Below, one piece after another: positions 60,817 to 64,000 of a DNA stretch of 64,000 bases. The notes beneath the pieces are model-generated. The model was not told where the DNA came from, did no database searches, and was given only the letters and a program-made list of their open reading frames with translations. The stretch is from Candidatus Limnocylindrales bacterium. GTDB taxonomy: Bacteria; Moduliflexota; Moduliflexia; Moduliflexales; JAUQPW01. The first letter of the stretch is position 1; each line of letters opens with the position of its first letter. A program made the translations under genes and the position numbers. The stretch is taken from NCBI GenBank assembly GCA_035559535.1, contig DATMBG010000026.1, positions 62,001 to 126,000 on the forward strand, written 5' to 3'.

Positions 60817-62385
60817 ATGAATTCAATTTCCCCTGAGGGTAATACAAAATTTTCTAAAGCTCACAGGGAGCGTTCCAGCCTGTTAGAGTTGCTCGAATCT
60901 GCTCCCGGTGAGAAGGTTGCTGTCGTTTTACCTGAGACCGGAATTCGAATTACCTACGATTCACTGCGGGCTCAGGTTATGTCTATAGCCCATACCTTTG
61001 CAAAGGCCGGAATTTATCCGGGTGATCGTATAGCCCTTGCTTTACCCAACGGACTCCCGGCCATTGTATGTTTTCTTGCAGCCTCCTTTGTCGGTACCGC
61101 CGCTCCCTTAAATCCCGGTTACCGTTATGAAGAATTCTGCTTCTACCTGGAGGATACGGCAGCCCGGGTTCTGGTCATTCCTCCTGAGGGTGGAGACGAA
61201 GCCCGACGCGCTGCAGGTGAGCGAATTCCTGTTTTGACCGTAGAAATCGATTCCGATGGTCTGGTCCGGCTTTCTACTCCGGAGCGTGGGCACCCTGCCC
61301 GTCATAGTCCCAGATTGGAACCCTATCCCGAAGATATAGCCCTTGTCCTACATACCAGCGGAAGCACGGGACGACCCAAACGGGTGCCTCTCCGACATTT
61401 CAATCTGGCCGTTTCTGCCCGGAATATCGTGAATACCTATAAGCTAAATCCTGACGATGTGTCCCTCTGCGTAATGCCACTCTTCCACGTTCACGGACTG
61501 GTTGCTTCGGTTCTGTCAACCTTACTTTCCGGTGGTACGGTGGTTGTCCCGGCCCGGTTTAATCCTCTTTCGTTCTGGCGCATCGTTCGAGATCATAGGG
61601 TTACCTGGTATTCTGCAGTTCCTACGATCCATCAACTTCTCTTAGCCCGCACCGGAAAAGGGTCCGAAAAACCCGCCGGTACAGAATCTTTGCGATTTAT
61701 TCGATCTTGCAGTGCTCCCCTTTCACCCGAACTGATGCAAAGGATGGAGGAAATCTTCGAGGTTCCCGTACTTGAAGCCTACGGTATGACGGAAGCTGCC
61801 CATCAGATGGCTTCAAATCCACTTCCTCCGGGTATCCGTAAACCGGGTACCGTAGGACGGGGAACCGGCGTTCAAATCGGTATTATGGATTCTACCGGAC
61901 AACTCCTGGAACCGGGTCAACCCGGAGAAGTGGTTATTCAGGGAGCTAACGTCATTCAGGGATACGAGAACAATCCGGAGGCCAATATAAGTTCTTTTGT
62001 AAACCGATGGTTTCGCACCGGAGATCAAGGGGTTCTCGATGGAGACGGTTATTTACGGCTTATTGGAAGGATTAAAGAATTAATTAACCGGGGAGGAGAG
62101 AAAATCTCTCCCCGTGAGATTGACGAGGTTTTGCTGACGCATCCGGCTGTGACAGAAGCCGTATGCTTTGGGGTTCCCCACCCAACGTGGGGTGAGGAAG
62201 TCGCAGCCGCCGTAGTTTTGCAACAGCAGGTAAGTGAATCGGATCTCCTGAGGTATTGCCAGGATCGCCTGGCCGACTTCAAGTGCCCTAAGAAGATATA
62301 CCTTGTAGATTCGATCCCGCGGACCGCAACTGGAAAGATCCAACGCCGTGCGGTTGCCGAAGCTTTTTCAGGAAATCAAAAATAA
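60817..62385 (+). CDS. Acyl-CoA synthetase, oxalate--CoA ligase (AAE3/Pcs60/Oxs)-like
   Basis: APLNP.Y..EEF.FYL, LHTSGSTGRPK, PLFHVHG, WYSAVPTIHQ, LRFIRSCSA, EAYGMTEAAHQMASNPLP, PRTATGKIQR. Confidence 0.85.
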   Translation: MNSISPEGNTKFSKAHRERSSLLELLESAPGEKVAVVLPETGIRITYDSLRAQVMSIAHTFAKAGIYPGDRIALALPNGLPAIVCFLAASFVGTAAPLNPGYRYEEFCFYLEDTAARVLVIPPEGGDEARRAAGERIPVLTVEIDSDGLVRLSTPERGHPARHSPRLEPYPEDIALVLHTSGSTGRPKRVPLRHFNLAVSARNIVNTYKLNPDDVSLCVMPLFHVHGLVASVLSTLLSGGTVVVPARFNPLSFWRIVRDHRVTWYSAVPTIHQLLLARTGKGSEKPAGTESLRFIRSCSAPLSPELMQRMEEIFEVPVLEAYGMTEAAHQMASNPLPPGIRKPGTVGRGTGVQIGIMDSTGQLLEPGQPGEVVIQGANVIQGYENNPEANISSFVNRWFRTGDQGVLDGDGYLRLIGRIKELINRGGEKISPREIDEVLLTHPAVTEAVCFGVPHPTWGEEVAAAVVLQQQVSESDLLRYCQDRLADFKCPKKIYLVDSIPRTATGKIQRRAVAEAFSGNQK

Positions 62386-62399
62386 CTTTACCTCTATGC

Positions 62400-62618
62400 T
62401 GTAAAGTTAATCTTGATAAATCCTTAAAAGCTCCATCAGGAGCTGACTGTTTGGACCCCCAAACGTCTCGTTTGACTCCTCCAGCAGCAATGTGGGTTGG
62501 ATCTGTTCCGAATCGGTCGCTCCTGGTGGAGCTTCCTCTCATAAGGCTGGGAATCTGTTTTGCTACAAATAGATCCCTCCTAACGGGGTTTTTAAGGTAT
62601 ATTAAAACTAACTTTACA
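62400..62618. repeat. Inverted-repeat-bounded REP-doublet-like element
   Basis: Ends TGTAAAGTTAATCTTGATAAATCCTTAAAA / TTTTAAGGTATATTAAAACTAACTTTACA; internal AGCTCCATCAGGAGC...GCTCCTGGTGGAGCT. Confidence 0.55.
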
Positions 62619-62656
62619 AGGTAGTATACTTTGTAAAGTTAATTCTGGGTGATTCT

Positions 62657-62720
62657 CCCTCACCCTCGGCTCCCTCCCTCTTCTCCCTCCCCGTGGACGG
62701 GGAGGGAAGGGGTGGGGGCG
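62657..62720. repeat. Purine/pyrimidine hairpin repeat; inverted partner at 60595-60638
   Basis: 62657-62700 matches the reverse complement of 60595-60638 at 41/44 positions. Confidence 0.8.
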
Positions 62721-62818
62721 GAAAGGGGAGTGGGAAGATCTCCGGGCCGCCTCTCCCGAAGCCTCAGGAGAAGGGGGTTGGGGGGGATGAGGGCAGAACA
62801 GTTAAAAGTACTAAGTAA

Positions 62819-63796
62819 ATGAAATTTGTCATTGCCGGTGCAGGCGCCATTGGCGCATATATGGGAGCCCGTATGGCCCGGGTGGGTCTGGACGTTACGT
62901 TATTTGCCCGGGGGGCTCACGTTCGTGCCATGCAGGAGCATGGAGTCCGGGTTAAAAGCCCAGAGGGGGACTTTGAAGTGAGGCCTGGAGTAACAGATAA
63001 TCTGGAAACCCTGGGTCCGGTTGATGTGATTATCCTCGGGGTCAAAGCCCACAGTCTGCCGGAACTGGCACCCAGATTGCATCCCCTGCTGGGTCCGGAT
63101 ACAGTCGTAGTCAGTACCCAAAATGGCATTCCCTGGTGGTATTTTCAGCATCACGGCGGTGAGTTTGAGGGACTTCGGTTGGAGCGGGTGGACCCGGGTG
63201 GTGTCATCTCTTCTGCCATTGAACCCCACCGGGTGGTCGGTTCCATCGTTTATTTTTCAACCGAGATCATCCAACCCGGGGTAATCCGACATATCGAAGG
63301 TAACCGTATCTCCCTGGGTGAACCCGACGGTACACGCTCCGATAGATGTCGTAAGATCGCAGAAGCATTGATCCAGGCAGGCTTTCGATGCCCTGTTACA
63401 ACCCATATTCGCCACGAAATTTGGGTTAAACTCCTAGGTAACGTGGCGTTTAATCCCATCAGTGCCCTGACCGGTGCCACACTGGTCCAAATGGTTCGTG
63501 ATCCGGAGGTTTCGGCTCTGGTCCGCCACATCATGAGGGAAGCAGAAGCTGTGGCCACCAGACTTGGACTCGAATTGCCCATTTCCATCGAGCAGAGAAT
63601 GGCAGGGGCTGAAAAAGTTGGGGAGCACAAAACCTCCATGCTCCAGGACCTGGAAGCCGGACGACCCCTGGAGCTGGAAGCTATTGTCGGAGCGGTAGTT
63701 GAATTGGGAGAACGTCTGGGACTTCCCATGACCCATACCCGTACTGTCTATGCCTGTACAAAACTCCTGGCCCACTGTAAAAGCCGACGGATTTAA
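62819..63796 (+). CDS. panE: Ketopantoate reductase family protein, PanE2/oxalyl-CoA reductase-like
   Basis: GAGAIG, VKAH, QNGIPWWYF, DPGG, WVKLLGN..FNP, HKTSMLQD. Confidence 0.85.
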   Translation: MKFVIAGAGAIGAYMGARMARVGLDVTLFARGAHVRAMQEHGVRVKSPEGDFEVRPGVTDNLETLGPVDVIILGVKAHSLPELAPRLHPLLGPDTVVVSTQNGIPWWYFQHHGGEFEGLRLERVDPGGVISSAIEPHRVVGSIVYFSTEIIQPGVIRHIEGNRISLGEPDGTRSDRCRKIAEALIQAGFRCPVTTHIRHEIWVKLLGNVAFNPISALTGATLVQMVRDPEVSALVRHIMREAEAVATRLGLELPISIEQRMAGAEKVGEHKTSMLQDLEAGRPLELEAIVGAVVELGERLGLPMTHTRTVYACTKLLAHCKSRRI

Positions 63797-63872
63797 ACCT
63801 GCCTTTAATTTTAAAAACCAGCCCGCTTCCTCTCAAAAGTCCTTCAACCTGGGATAAAAGAACCATAGATTA

Positions 63873-63901
63873 TTGACAAACCTTTATAAAAAGGATAAGT
63901 T
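63873..63901 (+). promoter_or_regulatory. Sigma70-type promoter for a gene beyond the window
   Basis: TTGACA-17-TAAGTT. Confidence 0.45.
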
Positions 63902-64000
63902 AACCTCTTTAAAATTACTTTTGTGGAAATAAGCCCGGGAACCCTGTTAAAGGGTCCTTCATATCGTAGAACCTTAGATTAAAAAATTCTGAAAAGTTAA

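Overview
About 59 kb of the window (562-59898) is one co-oriented, minus-strand surface-glycan biosynthesis and export locus. It encodes a Wzm/Wzt ABC exporter, two MOP-superfamily flippases, two Wzy/WaaL-like membrane proteins (one fused to a GT4), three Wzz-like paralogues, two priming phosphoglycosyl transferases, a WecG/TagA transferase, several GT4s, a GT2 plus a GT-C, a WbpB-WbpD fusion with WbpE- and WbpI-like enzymes, four AsnB-type amidotransferases, six intact and one truncated SAM methyltransferases, Fcl, a TPR-CBM protein and a 1207-aa FG-GAP protein. It is flanked on the left by a partial DedA gene and on the right by a divergent acyl-CoA ligase plus PanE-like reductase pair that resembles oxalyl-CoA synthetase/reductase. 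Intergenic DNA and several ORFs carry families of miniature repeats: GTAG/GGAG REP-like palindromes, TIR-bounded 120-200 bp elements, purine/pyrimidine hairpins and octamer arrays. Some are nested, some are translated in frame, and two disrupt a Uma2 gene. No rRNA, tRNA, CRISPR array or transposase was recognised. All family calls come from motif recognition by eye; no searches were run.
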